Positions 16,938 through 26,000 of a stretch of DNA of 44,988 nt are shown piece after piece. Position 1 is the stretch's first letter. The number at the start of each line of letters is the position of its first letter. This DNA is from an uncultured Methanosarcinales archaeon (lineage in GTDB: Archaea > Nanobdellota > Nanobdellia > Woesearchaeales > ARS49), in NCBI GenBank assembly GCA_964640255.1, contig CAZXEZ010000001.1, forward strand, positions 1 through 44,988, given 5' to 3'. Made by a program: the position numbers and the translations under genes. The notes below the pieces were generated by a model that saw only the letters and a program-made list of their open reading frames with translations, did not search any database and had not been told where the DNA came from.

Positions 16938-18113
16938 ATGAATAAATTTGAAAATTTTGGCCTGAGTCAGCCACAATTAATGACTATAAAAAAATTAGGA
17001 TTTACCGAACCAACCCAAATCCAGGAGCAATCCATCCCAGAAATAGTAAAGGGAAAGGATGTCGTAGGAGAATCAGCAACTGGTTCTGGGAAGACACTGG
17101 CTTTTGGGTGCGGTATCGCAGAGCATGTAGAGCCTGGAAAAGGCTTGCAAGCATTGGTTTTAGCACCTACAAGAGAGCTTGCAGAGCAGGTCAAATGCAT
17201 GCTAAAAGAGATTTCACAGCACAAAAATCTGAAAATAATCAGCATATATGGCGGAGTCTCTATCAATCCACAGATTCATGACCTGCCAAGAGCAGATGTA
17301 GTTGTAGCTACACCAGGAAGATTTTTAGACCACCTACAAAGGAGAACAGTAGATACCTCAAAAATCAAGATACTGGTCCTAGACGAAGCAGATCGTATGC
17401 TTGACATGGGATTTATCGATGATGTAGAGCAGATAATCAAGGTTTGTCCCAAGAAAAGGCAGACAATGTTTTTCTCTGCAACAATCTCATCCAGAATAAA
17501 AGAGCTGGCCAAAAGATACATGGCAAAGCAAATCAATGTATCTGCCAAAAGGCTGGTTGACCCTGCTAAACTTAGGCAGGTATACTACAATATCCTAAAA
17601 AACAAGAAATTGTCCCTGCTTGCACACCTGCTGCAGCACGAGAATTCAGGATTAGTTATGGTCTTCTGCAATTCAAGGAAAACCACAGATTTTGTTGTCA
17701 AGAATCTTAAGACGAATAAAATAAGCGCTATTTCGATTCATGGCGGCTTGTCACAGAACAAGCGAACAAAGACGATTAACCTATTCAATAATGCAAAGGT
17801 AGGGGTATTAGTCTGTACAGATGTTGCTGCACGAGGCCTGGATATCGACAATGTCTCTCATGTATATAACTATGAGATCCCTAAAGATCCAAAAGATTAT
17901 GTGCATAGAATAGGGAGAACAGCCAGAGCAGGAGAGGAAGGCATGGTAGTCAACTTACTGTGCGACTATGACCACGACCATTTCTCAAGGGTATTGAACG
18001 AGTACCGCTCATTCAATGTCAAGAACATGCAGACGCCTGTCATGAAGAGAATCGCAGTCAGAATGGAGAGGCAACCAAGAAGAATGCCTTTCCATAGACA
18101 GAGACGGAGATGA
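16938..18113 (+). CDS. DEAD-box ATP-dependent RNA helicase
   Basis: Q-motif region, motif I ATGSGKT, DEAD, SAT and HRIGRTARAG. GAGGT Shine-Dalgarno sequence 8 nt upstream. Long (about 300 nt) upstream non-coding region. Confidence 0.95.
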   Translation: MNKFENFGLSQPQLMTIKKLGFTEPTQIQEQSIPEIVKGKDVVGESATGSGKTLAFGCGIAEHVEPGKGLQALVLAPTRELAEQVKCMLKEISQHKNLKIISIYGGVSINPQIHDLPRADVVVATPGRFLDHLQRRTVDTSKIKILVLDEADRMLDMGFIDDVEQIIKVCPKKRQTMFFSATISSRIKELAKRYMAKQINVSAKRLVDPAKLRQVYYNILKNKKLSLLAHLLQHENSGLVMVFCNSRKTTDFVVKNLKTNKISAISIHGGLSQNKRTKTINLFNNAKVGVLVCTDVAARGLDIDNVSHVYNYEIPKDPKDYVHRIGRTARAGEEGMVVNLLCDYDHDHFSRVLNEYRSFNVKNMQTPVMKRIAVRMERQPRRMPFHRQRRR

Positions 18114-18122
18114 AAAGGAAGT

Positions 18123-18130
18123 CTTTATAA
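18123..18130 (+). promoter_or_regulatory. TATA box TTTATAAA upstream of the cold-shock gene
   Basis: Followed at 18133..18149 by the perfect inverted repeat GTGGTTAA-T-TTAACCAC, then an SD sequence and the ATG at 18196. Confidence 0.45.
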
Positions 18131-18195
18131 AGAGTGGTTAATTTAACCACTAAATTGCCAAGAGTTATTACTTGGTGAAGAGGTAATGAGGAAAA

Positions 18196-18513
18196 ATGAA
18201 AGGAAAAGTAAAATTTTTTAACGACACCAAAGGATTCGGCTTTATAGCTGGAGAAGATGGCAAAGAATACTTTGTTCATCAGACTGGCTTAAAAGAAGGA
18301 GTAACATTAAGGGAAGAAGACGCTGTTGTCTTTGAAGTAGAGCAAGGAGACAGAGGTCCAAAAGCAGTTAATGTTGCTATGGATGAAGCTGGTGCAGAGG
18401 AAGTTACTGAGGAAGCTGCAGAAGAGGCTCCTGAGGAAACAACTGAAGAAGCACCTGAAGAAGAATCTGCGGAAGAAGAAAAATCCGAAGAAACTGAAGA
18501 AAAAGAAGAATAA
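18196..18513 (+). CDS. cold-shock domain protein with acidic C-terminal tail
   Basis: MKGKVKFFNDTKGFGFI and FVHQTGL (RNP1/RNP2-type CSD motifs). About 40-aa Glu/Ala-rich tail. Confidence 0.9.
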   Translation: MKGKVKFFNDTKGFGFIAGEDGKEYFVHQTGLKEGVTLREEDAVVFEVEQGDRGPKAVNVAMDEAGAEEVTEEAAEEAPEETTEEAPEEESAEEEKSEETEEKEE

Positions 18514-18631
18514 GTAAAACTAATTCTTATTGATTTTAGTTTTTATTTTTTTATTTTAATTAGATTTAAGTTTGTTTAAACAGTTTATACTGGAGTTTTT
18601 TAAGGAAATTAATTCTTTATCCTAGGGGAAA

Positions 18632-19405
18632 ATGACTGAAAGATATGAAGAATTTTACAAGGATAATTGGGCAGAAGTGTATGGTTTTTGGCACAAAATG
18701 ATTACAAGAGGGGAGCGCCAGGTTGATCTATTAGAAGAAACTATCAAAAAGACAGATAAAAACACAATACGCATGCTAGATGTTGGTTGTGGCCAAGGTG
18801 ACGAAGTCAAAGAGGCACTGTCAAGAGTACCTTACAGAAAGCTTCAGATCACTGCAAATGACACTTCTAGAGAAGCATTGGAGAGATATGCAAGAAATAA
18901 TCCTGCAGAAGAGCTCGTTCAGGAAAGATTAGAGAACCTTCCTGCAAAACTCACTAAAAAATATGATTTTATCCTTTTCTCCCACTGCCTGTACTCTGTT
19001 AATCTTAAAGGATTGTTCAGTAAATACTTAGGCCTGCTGTCTGATAGAGGGCAGATTTTGATTTTCCTGGACTCAAAAGAGAGCGGACTCAAGAAACTGC
19101 AGCAACGATTCTGGGACAGGGTTCACGGCACATCTTTTGATGAAAATACTGCAGAAACTGTAGTAAATGATTTGTCTGAACAAAAGATACCTTATGAAAC
19201 TATTCCTTTTTCTAATTTCATGGATCTGGATAAGCTACAAGAGATTGATGAAGACGGCATTGCCCAGTTAATTATTCCTTTTGCATTCAGGACAAAAGAT
19301 CTTGATAGACTTGTTGTAGAAGATGCAGTAGCTTACATCAAAACACTGGAAAAAGAGAGAAAGATTGAGAATAACACTTATGCGATTGTGGTAAGAAAAA
19401 AGTGA
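18632..19405 (+). CDS. class I SAM-dependent methyltransferase
   Basis: Motif I MLDVGCGQGDE. The acidic loop and FSHCLY region are consistent with a Rossmann methyltransferase. Confidence 0.75.
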   Translation: MTERYEEFYKDNWAEVYGFWHKMITRGERQVDLLEETIKKTDKNTIRMLDVGCGQGDEVKEALSRVPYRKLQITANDTSREALERYARNNPAEELVQERLENLPAKLTKKYDFILFSHCLYSVNLKGLFSKYLGLLSDRGQILIFLDSKESGLKKLQQRFWDRVHGTSFDENTAETVVNDLSEQKIPYETIPFSNFMDLDKLQEIDEDGIAQLIIPFAFRTKDLDRLVVEDAVAYIKTLEKERKIENNTYAIVVRKK

Positions 19406-19438
19406 ATCTTTATAAAAAGTTAAGAATTGCTAGACTAG

Positions 19439-20257
19439 ATGTTACTTGGATATAATCAACCCAGGCCTACTGAAGAAAATTACAGGGATTTTCGAGACAA
19501 GCTTGTTACAGGCTTGAAAGATTTAGGCATAGCAGGCCTATCTTTAATGCTTTATGGTTCTTATATACGTGGCGATTACAATCCTGGAAGAAGCGACATA
19601 GATGCTGTTATGATATTTCCTGATGATGTTGTGATAGACAAGAGAAATCTTGCACAGGTGGCAATAGTTCTTCATAAGGCCTTGAAAGGAAATAACATTC
19701 CATTTCAAGTCTCTGTATCAGACTTGACAACCATGAAAGATGCAAGATTTAATACATATGATGAATCTTTCAAGAACTATTTTTTTGATGAAGAAGAAAC
19801 GATTGTTATTGGACCAGATTATAGAGCGGAATTCAGGTATGAACTCCCAACTATGAGCGAACAAACACCTGTAAGATTCAACCTAAGAAAATCAAGAACA
19901 GGATTATTGTTTGCAGAGCATGATCGACACGAAGATCATGAGACCTTCTTGAGAAGATTCACAAAAACAATGGATGCTGCCAGCAGAGGCTCAAAACAGA
20001 TACTATTCTTTATGGATGGCACACTAAGAAAAACAAGGTTTGCTGCAGAAGACTTAGTGGCAGACGTATTTCCAGAGATAGACAGCACTCCTTTATCAAG
20101 AATCAGAAAATTATATCAAAATCCTGCAAAAATAGACGCTATTTACGAAAAACCAGAGGAAATTATGCTATTATGGAATGCTACAGTCACTTTTTTTGAA
20201 GAGATGATCAGAGGATATATCAGGAAAGCACCTCGTGAAAAAGGTTGGGATAAGTGA
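19439..20257 (+). CDS. nucleotidyltransferase-domain protein (Pol-beta superfamily)
   Basis: LMLYGSYIRGDYNPGRSDIDAVMIF fits the GS...D.D signature. Confidence 0.7.
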   Translation: MLLGYNQPRPTEENYRDFRDKLVTGLKDLGIAGLSLMLYGSYIRGDYNPGRSDIDAVMIFPDDVVIDKRNLAQVAIVLHKALKGNNIPFQVSVSDLTTMKDARFNTYDESFKNYFFDEEETIVIGPDYRAEFRYELPTMSEQTPVRFNLRKSRTGLLFAEHDRHEDHETFLRRFTKTMDAASRGSKQILFFMDGTLRKTRFAAEDLVADVFPEIDSTPLSRIRKLYQNPAKIDAIYEKPEEIMLLWNATVTFFEEMIRGYIRKAPREKGWDK

Positions 20258-20409
20258 GCAAAACTTCAATTTATTCCCTGAAAATCCTTCGGAAAATTCC
20301 AGGCAAGGCATATAAAGAGTAAACCTGCTAAGTTCTTATGATTAAACCAAAACCTTTATATAACGTTTTGTTATATTTTATTATAACATGTTATATGAGG
20401 TGGATGATA

Positions 20410-20637
20410 ATGGTACAAGCAATAATAACCTTAGGAGAGCATGAAGATAGAGTGCTCACCATCATTAAAGGTAAATTCGGGCTAAAAAACAAGTCAGATG
20501 CGGTGAATTTTGTAATTGAAAGATTTGAGGAAGAGCTGCTTGAGCCGCAATTAAGGCCAGAATACAAGAAAGAATTAACTAAAATCATCAAAGGAAAACA
20601 TCTCTCTAAAAAAGAATTTGAAAAAGAGGTAGGTTAA
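20410..20637 (+). CDS. DUF2683-like antitoxin candidate
   Basis: MVQAIITLGEHEDRVLTIIKGKFGLKNKSDAVNFVIERFEEELLEP matches the DUF2683 pattern. Start moved from 20338. Directly precedes the RelE-like gene. Confidence 0.6.
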   Translation: MVQAIITLGEHEDRVLTIIKGKFGLKNKSDAVNFVIERFEEELLEPQLRPEYKKELTKIIKGKHLSKKEFEKEVG

Positions 20638-20639
20638 AA

Positions 20640-20906
20640 TTGTATGAATCTCGGTATAGTATAAAATTAGCTAAAAAATTAAAAAAACTGAAGAAAAAGA
20701 ATTTAAAACATTATTTGTTTGTTAGACAAAAAATGAATGAAATCTTAGAAAACCCACATCATAAACATAAAGAATTACGCTATTCAATGAAAAATGTCAA
20801 CAGAATTCATCTCGGACATTTTGTTTTAATTTTTATAATAGAGCATACCAAGAAAACAATTTCTTTTGAAGACTACGATCATCACGACAAAATATATAAA
20901 AATTAG
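20640..20906 (+). CDS. RelE/ParE-superfamily toxin candidate
   Basis: 88 aa with TTG start, 2 nt after the upstream stop. Basic N-terminus and C-terminal RIHLGHFVLIFIIEH...DYDHHDKIY resemble the RelE fold pattern. Confidence 0.5.
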   Translation: MYESRYSIKLAKKLKKLKKKNLKHYLFVRQKMNEILENPHHKHKELRYSMKNVNRIHLGHFVLIFIIEHTKKTISFEDYDHHDKIYKN

Positions 20907-20918
20907 AAAATAAAAAAA

Positions 20919-21983
20919 TCAAAGAGTTTCTATGCCCAACTCCTCATTAAAGTGCTTAGCTTGAGGGCTAGACCGGGTTGGGTCTGCTTTTCCAAGTATC
21001 CATGGTGACTGGACTCCTGTAACTATTGTCATAACCAAAAGCTTTCCCTTCATCTCTTCAGAGACTCTTGCTCCCCAGATTACGTTAGCGTCGTCATCCA
21101 TGCTCTCTGTGACCATCTCTCCTGCCCTGTTTATCTCATCCAAAGTTAAGTCTGGGCCTCCGCATATCTGAATCAATGCTCCTGTTGCCCCTTTGTAGCT
21201 GATGTCCAACAATGGGTTGCTTAATGCGCCTTTAACAGCTTCATCAACCCTGTTGTTTGTGTCAGAGCTGCCCACTCCAATAGCTGCAACTCCTCCATTT
21301 GTCATGATAGCTTTTACGTCTGCATAGTCCAGGTTAACCAAGCTTGGAACTGCGATTGTCTCGACAATTCCTTTTATCATGGTTGAAATCAGCTCATTTG
21401 CCACTGCAAATGCCTGTTGTACTGGCAAGTTGCCTGCAATGCAAACTAGCCTATTATTGTCAATAACGATAACTGTATCACAGACCTCTCTTAATTGCTG
21501 CAATCCAAATTCAGCCTTATCAATCCTTGCCCTCTCAATATTAAAAGGCATTGTCACTGTTCCAATAACAATTGCGCCCATCTCTTTAGCAACTGAAGCA
21601 ATAACTGGAGCAGCTCCTGTACCTGTGCCGCCTCCTTGTCCTGCACAGACAAATACCATGTCTGTGTTACGAAGAGACTCTTTTATCTGCAGCATGCTTT
21701 CCTGAGCAGCTTCTGCTCCTCTCTGCGGGTATCCGCCACAACCCAGCCCGCGTGTTAAATCGCGACCGATCAAGAACTTTCGATCTGCTGAAGAAATATC
21801 AATATGTTGCTTGTCTGTATTCACAGCGACGATTTCTGCCCCGCGAATACCTTTCTTGTATAACCAAGAAACCATGTTGTTACCAGCACCACCGACGCCA
21901 ATAACCTTAATATTTGCCTGTCCAAAATCAGCCTCTTGCTGGGCTGGTTCCTGCGCCATTGCGCTCTTTACAATAAAATCCAT
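20919..21983 (-). CDS. ftsZ: cell division GTPase FtsZ
   Basis: GVGGAGNNMV and the GGGTGTGAAPVIA tubulin signature. Start set at MDFIV, which has a GGAGGT SD sequence 9 nt upstream. The ORF track extends to 22022. Confidence 0.95.
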   Translation of the reverse strand: MDFIVKSAMAQEPAQQEADFGQANIKVIGVGGAGNNMVSWLYKKGIRGAEIVAVNTDKQHIDISSADRKFLIGRDLTRGLGCGGYPQRGAEAAQESMLQIKESLRNTDMVFVCAGQGGGTGTGAAPVIASVAKEMGAIVIGTVTMPFNIERARIDKAEFGLQQLREVCDTVIVIDNNRLVCIAGNLPVQQAFAVANELISTMIKGIVETIAVPSLVNLDYADVKAIMTNGGVAAIGVGSSDTNNRVDEAVKGALSNPLLDISYKGATGALIQICGGPDLTLDEINRAGEMVTESMDDDANVIWGARVSEEMKGKLLVMTIVTGVQSPWILGKADPTRSSPQAKHFNEELGIETL

Positions 21984-22382
21984 TTTCACTCGAACCTCCA
22001 CTTTGTGTCTTTGATTGTTCAAAAAGCATATCTCTTACTTTAGTGAGAGATTGTCTGGTTTATGCTGCCATTGGTTTTTGAACATTAAAAATGTCCTGTA
22101 TTTCAGTACGGGAATTTTTTATTTGTATGAAAGGGAAAAAAAGGCTCTCCAGGGTTTGTGGGTTTGGGGGGTGGTCTGTTTAGAGAAACAGTGGAGAGCC
22201 TTTGTTTCAGCATGACCATTTCTCAATCTTAGTATCCTAATATCATATTTTTGTATACTGATATAAACAATTACCAATTCATATATAAATGTTTCTATAT
22301 TTTTATATACTGGTGGCTATATGTCGGGATTTTCTATGACAGTATAGAAATCACAACATTTATATAGGGAATATTATTCTCT

Positions 22383-22823
22383 GTGAAATTAGGGGAGTGG
22401 TATAGAGAAAAGTGTGAGAGCATGGTAATCTTATTTGATCGGTTTAATTTATCGTCGGACATCTTTGAAATAATCTTTTCTACTGAGCAGCAGAAGATAG
22501 TCGCAAAAGAACTGATCAAATTTACCATCGAGAATACTGGAGAGATTACCAAGACACAGATGAGTTTTTTTGCAACGCAATTACATGATGGCAAGTACGA
22601 ATGTGTCTTAGATTCCGGAGTGCACAAGGGCAAGAAGGCAAAACTGAGCTACAACAAAAGACAATTCTACGACAGGATATTAACGCCGATGAAATCAATG
22701 GGCTTGATTGATTATGATCTTTACAAGAAAACGTACAAGATTTCTGATAAATTCTCAAATGACATGATGAAGATAGGCCTGATGTGGAAAGCTGAGTTAA
22801 GGAAGTTTGGTGTTAAGATATAA
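22383..22823 (+). CDS. hypothetical protein, probable winged-helix C-terminus
   Basis: 146 aa with GTG start. Its last 100 nt are duplicated at 23572..23671. Confidence 0.55.
   Translation: MKLGEWYREKCESMVILFDRFNLSSDIFEIIFSTEQQKIVAKELIKFTIENTGEITKTQMSFFATQLHDGKYECVLDSGVHKGKKAKLSYNKRQFYDRILTPMKSMGLIDYDLYKKTYKISDKFSNDMMKIGLMWKAELRKFGVKI
22720..22819 (+). repeat. 100-nt direct repeat, copy 1 (3' end of the 146-aa gene)
   Basis: 98/100 identical to 23572..23671. Both mismatches are synonymous third positions. Confidence 0.9.
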
Positions 22824-23153
22824 ATGACCAGCCCGCACGATAAACTGCTATACCAAGTTTCAGGGGCCATTTCCCGCATTTTTGATTTGTCATTTCTTAA
22901 AACAGCAGGATATGGGTCGAATCCTAGAAATATAGAGGATACTCTTGAGATAGACATGCTTGGCCAAAAAGGCAACATACTTTATGTATTCGAGGTAAAA
23001 ACAAACGAGAATGATACCTCTGAAGCGATAACACAGTTAAAAAACAGGCATTTAGGACTGAATTTGAACAAGGATAATATAGTCAATAAACAGAAGCAGC
23101 TGCCGCATTATGACTACATAAAATTGTTCATAGTGACTCCAAAGAATGTGTAG
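22824..23153 (+). CDS. small PD-(D/E)XK-like nuclease-fold protein
   Basis: EIDMLGQKGNILYVFEVKT fits D...(D/E)xK. The ATG directly follows the upstream TAA. Confidence 0.45.
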   Translation: MTSPHDKLLYQVSGAISRIFDLSFLKTAGYGSNPRNIEDTLEIDMLGQKGNILYVFEVKTNENDTSEAITQLKNRHLGLNLNKDNIVNKQKQLPHYDYIKLFIVTPKNV

Positions 23154-23263
23154 GAGATAAATGAAAAAGGCAGCCTTTTAAACAGGTGGCAGCTAGATAA
23201 AGTCATGAAAACCCCAGAAATAATCCAATAAGTTTAAATAGTTTAAAGACAGTAAAGAATAAC

Positions 23264-23569
23264 ATGAAATATCAAATCACAACCAAAAATAGAAAAGATT
23301 TTTTGGCATTACAGAACATATTAGATGATACCCTAAAAAATGGTGTTGTTGAAAGAACGATTCGTGGTGGTTTAATAACTCAGAACCAGGATAGTGCAAA
23401 AGTCACATATACTGGCCCAAACGTGTCTGCATATTTTGAGTTTGATAAGGTAAACGGCACATATGCTGGTGCTCTGGTTGTTGAGAAGGCACCAGAAGAG
23501 GCAGCAAATAAATTAGCTGCTAGAATAAAGAAAGAATTGCCTGCCCTAAAACCAGAAACTAAATCTTAG
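23264..23569 (+). CDS. hypothetical protein
   Basis: 101-aa ORF with a TTTAAATA box about 30 nt upstream. Confidence 0.5.
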   Translation: MKYQITTKNRKDFLALQNILDDTLKNGVVERTIRGGLITQNQDSAKVTYTGPNVSAYFEFDKVNGTYAGALVVEKAPEEAANKLAARIKKELPALKPETKS

Positions 23570-23571
23570 TT

Positions 23572-23671
23572 TTTACAAGAAAACATACAAGATTTCTGAT
23601 AAATTCTCAAATGACATGATGAAGATAGGCCTGATGTGGAAAGCTGAGTTAAGGAAGTTTGGGGTTAAGAT
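23572..23671 (+). repeat. 100-nt direct repeat, copy 2 (orphan gene 3' end)
   Basis: Encodes ...YKKTYKISDKFSNDMMKIGLMWKAELRKFGVKI followed by a stop, but has no 5' gene body. Confidence 0.9.
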
Positions 23672-23719
23672 TTAATATATTTCAAAAGGTTTAAATAGTT
23701 TCTTCACTAAGGATATTTT

Positions 23720-23956
23720 ATGGCAAAGATTCTTGAATCTGAATTAAGAGAAGAAAAAGTAAAACAAGCAGTAGACTTGTATTATGCTAGATTTGGTACT
23801 GAGGAGAGTGTTACTGTAAACGAAGCTGCGGCAAAATATGACATAAAAGGAATAGAAATTCATATGTATATTGCTGCAAGAACAGATGATGGTTTAGGAA
23901 TGCCTGAAACTCATGCAGAAGCAAAGAAATATCGTATTAATTTAATGCAATTATGA
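23720..23956 (+). CDS. hypothetical small protein
   Basis: 78-aa ORF with a TTTAAATA box about 25 nt upstream. Confidence 0.5.
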   Translation: MAKILESELREEKVKQAVDLYYARFGTEESVTVNEAAAKYDIKGIEIHMYIAARTDDGLGMPETHAEAKKYRINLMQL

Positions 23957-24446
23957 TAGTTTTCTAATTAATTCTTGTACATATGGCCGCCTAAAATTTA
24001 CTGCCAACAATTCATTCAAATATTTCAAAGAATCCTTTCTCGCAAACATTCCTTTTTCTTCTGCAATTTCGTATAAGTTTGCAATATCTCTTACTTGTCC
24101 GTGTCTGCCTAACTTGACTTCAGCCTCTTTATTAGCAAACAACATCTCATCTGCATCACTATAAAACTTGTGCGTGATCAATACTTCTATATCTGCCACA
24201 TCAGCTAATTCAAGTTTCTGAGACCACCTGCTGACTAATTTATCAAATCGCCTTTTTTCTTGTATAACCGCAGGAGGAATAATGAAATTATTTTGAACGA
24301 ATGTTTGATCTACTTGGAGAAATGTGACGATTTCACTAAGCGTTCCTGGAGACGTATAAACAGCATCGTATAAATCCCTAATTAAGTACAGTCTCCCAAT
24401 TTTGTCTAGCCATATTGCGGGGGGATGTATTAGATACGACTTTCAT
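23951..24446 (-). pseudogene. COG2405-type PIN-domain gene interrupted by a frameshift at a G6/C6 run
   Basis: The ATG at 24446 gives MKVVSNTSP, then a stop after 22 codons. The adjacent frame continues PAIWLDKIGRLYLIRDLYDAVYTSPGTLSEI...IIPPAVIQE... down to 23951. The frames switch at 24419..24424. Confidence 0.65.
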
Positions 24447-24470
24447 TTTATTAATTTAAAAGAATCAAAG

Positions 24471-24480
24471 TATTTAAAGA
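24471..24480 (-). promoter_or_regulatory. TATA box (TCTTTAAATA on minus strand)
   Basis: 25-34 nt upstream of the ATG at 24446. Confidence 0.45.
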
Positions 24481-24506
24481 TTATTATTTTTATTATTTAT
24501 GGGTGG

Positions 24507-24584
24507 TTATTTAGTCAAAACTTCTACCTTATCTGTAATCAACAGAGTATGTTCTGCCTGAGAGACCATTCCTTTGTTTTTCTC
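24507..24584 (-). repeat. orphan copy 'a' of the map gene 3' end (78 nt)
   Basis: Aligns with 28425..28499 of the live map gene, from the stop codon inward. Confidence 0.85.
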
Positions 24585-24664
24585 TGGTTAAACAAAAATT
24601 AACCACTATTAAGTGATTAAAAAACCAAAGATTTAAATACTCACGAATATTAACATGTAGCACC

Positions 24665-25435
24665 ATGAGCAAAGATGAATCAGTGGAATTTCAAACAAAG
24701 GAATTTCAAGAGGGTGAATTTAGACAAGTAATTGAAAGGTCTAAAGAATTGATAGCCAGAGGGTATTTTACCGGAATAAATTTTCTGCAATCAGAGGAGC
24801 CCCTGCCGACAAATTCAATAATCGTCCACTTTCTTCACGACAGCGAACAACATTTGGATGAAATCATATCCGCCGTGCCTGCTGCGCGTTTGGTAGTCCC
24901 TAGATTCACGTGCTACATGCTAAATCCTAAATATTTTCAAAAGCCCAATTTTGCTGAAGAATACCGAGATGTAGTTTTTTTCGATTCTAACTTTAATATA
25001 ATCACAGTTGAGGAGGCGATTGCAAAACCTTTGGGCGTGACAGTACTTAACCGAGAGTTGGATTTAATAGTCCCGCTTCACGGCAGTAAAGATTTATACG
25101 ATACTGTGCAAGCTTTGCAAGAGGCAGACAAAGAAGGCCCTTATCAGTGGATAGATCCGGTTCTTATTGTGAAAACAAAAACGCCTGTTACTGCTCTAGA
25201 AGGTTTTGTTGACAAACAGTATATTAGTATTGCAAAAGAAAGAGAAGAGTTTTATTCAATCTTAACCGACGAGGAAAGAACTGATGCCCTATCGAATTAT
25301 TTAGATAAATTGTGTGCAGCCACAAAAATAGGAACATTACAAAGAAGTGACGTTGTTTTCAATGCAAGCCAAGTAAACAAAAAGTTTGCAGATTTCTTAG
25401 TTAATATTCAGAACCAGCTTCGAATTCTTGAATAG
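24665..25435 (+). CDS. hypothetical protein
   Basis: 256-aa ORF with a TTTAAATA box about 25 nt upstream. No family recognised. Confidence 0.55.
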   Translation: MSKDESVEFQTKEFQEGEFRQVIERSKELIARGYFTGINFLQSEEPLPTNSIIVHFLHDSEQHLDEIISAVPAARLVVPRFTCYMLNPKYFQKPNFAEEYRDVVFFDSNFNIITVEEAIAKPLGVTVLNRELDLIVPLHGSKDLYDTVQALQEADKEGPYQWIDPVLIVKTKTPVTALEGFVDKQYISIAKEREEFYSILTDEERTDALSNYLDKLCAATKIGTLQRSDVVFNASQVNKKFADFLVNIQNQLRILE

Positions 25436-25718
25436 TTTCTCGCAATCTTTGTTTAGAATAAACACCTGTAAGTTTTTGAGAGCCTCCACCACGCACACCT
25501 TTTTCAAACGCCTCTTGTAATAGATTAACAACACCATTTTTATGTATGCGGCACTTATATTCTATTTCTCCCCAACCATATCGCCATTCACTAATACATC
25601 CGTCATCAGGTAATTCTGCAAGAACTTCAATTAATTTTGGTAGATTCTCCTGACTAATACAATCTAAACCTTCTATTTCTGGGTCTTCTGATGCTTTTCG
25701 CAATGTTTCTACTAACAT
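25401..25718 (-). CDS. hypothetical protein
   Basis: 105-aa ORF, convergent with and overlapping the 256-aa gene by 35 nt. Confidence 0.45.
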   Translation of the reverse strand: MLVETLRKASEDPEIEGLDCISQENLPKLIEVLAELPDDGCISEWRYGWGEIEYKCRIHKNGVVNLLQEAFEKGVRGGGSQKLTGVYSKQRLRETIQEFEAGSEY

Positions 25719-25790
25719 TTTCCTATGAATTATATGTCTCTAGAAGTATATAAATCTTTTGAAATAAATCTAGTAATATACGTAAAATAA

Positions 25791-26000
25791 CTAAATCTTA
25801 ATCAAAACTTCTACTTTATCTGTAATCAACAGAGTATGTTCTGCCTGTGAGACTATCCCTTTGTTTTTCTCGACTAAAGGAGGGAATTGCTTGATAATAT
25901 TGTTTTTCAGGAGTTCTCTCAATGCAAAATTAGTCTTGCCCAGGCCGAACTTTTTTGAGAGCCATCTTGTTGTGAATGGTAATGTCTTGTAGTTTTCGCC
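25791..26000 (-). pseudogene. orphan copy 'b' of the map gene 3' end (210 nt, 69 codons plus stop)
   Basis: Encodes GENYKTLPFTTRWLSKKFGLGKTNFALRELLKNNIIKQFPPLVEKNKGIVSQAEHTLLITDKVEVLIKI, colinear with the Map C-terminus. There is no gene body upstream. Confidence 0.9.

Larger units (their letters stand above)
22820..23571 (+). mobile_element. putative 752-bp inserted cassette carrying two small genes
   Basis: Bounded by the 100-nt direct repeat. Starts at the stop codon of the 146-aa gene. Confidence 0.5.
24585..25790. mobile_element. putative inserted cassette I (two genes)
   Basis: Bounded by map 3'-end fragments a and b. Confidence 0.45.
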
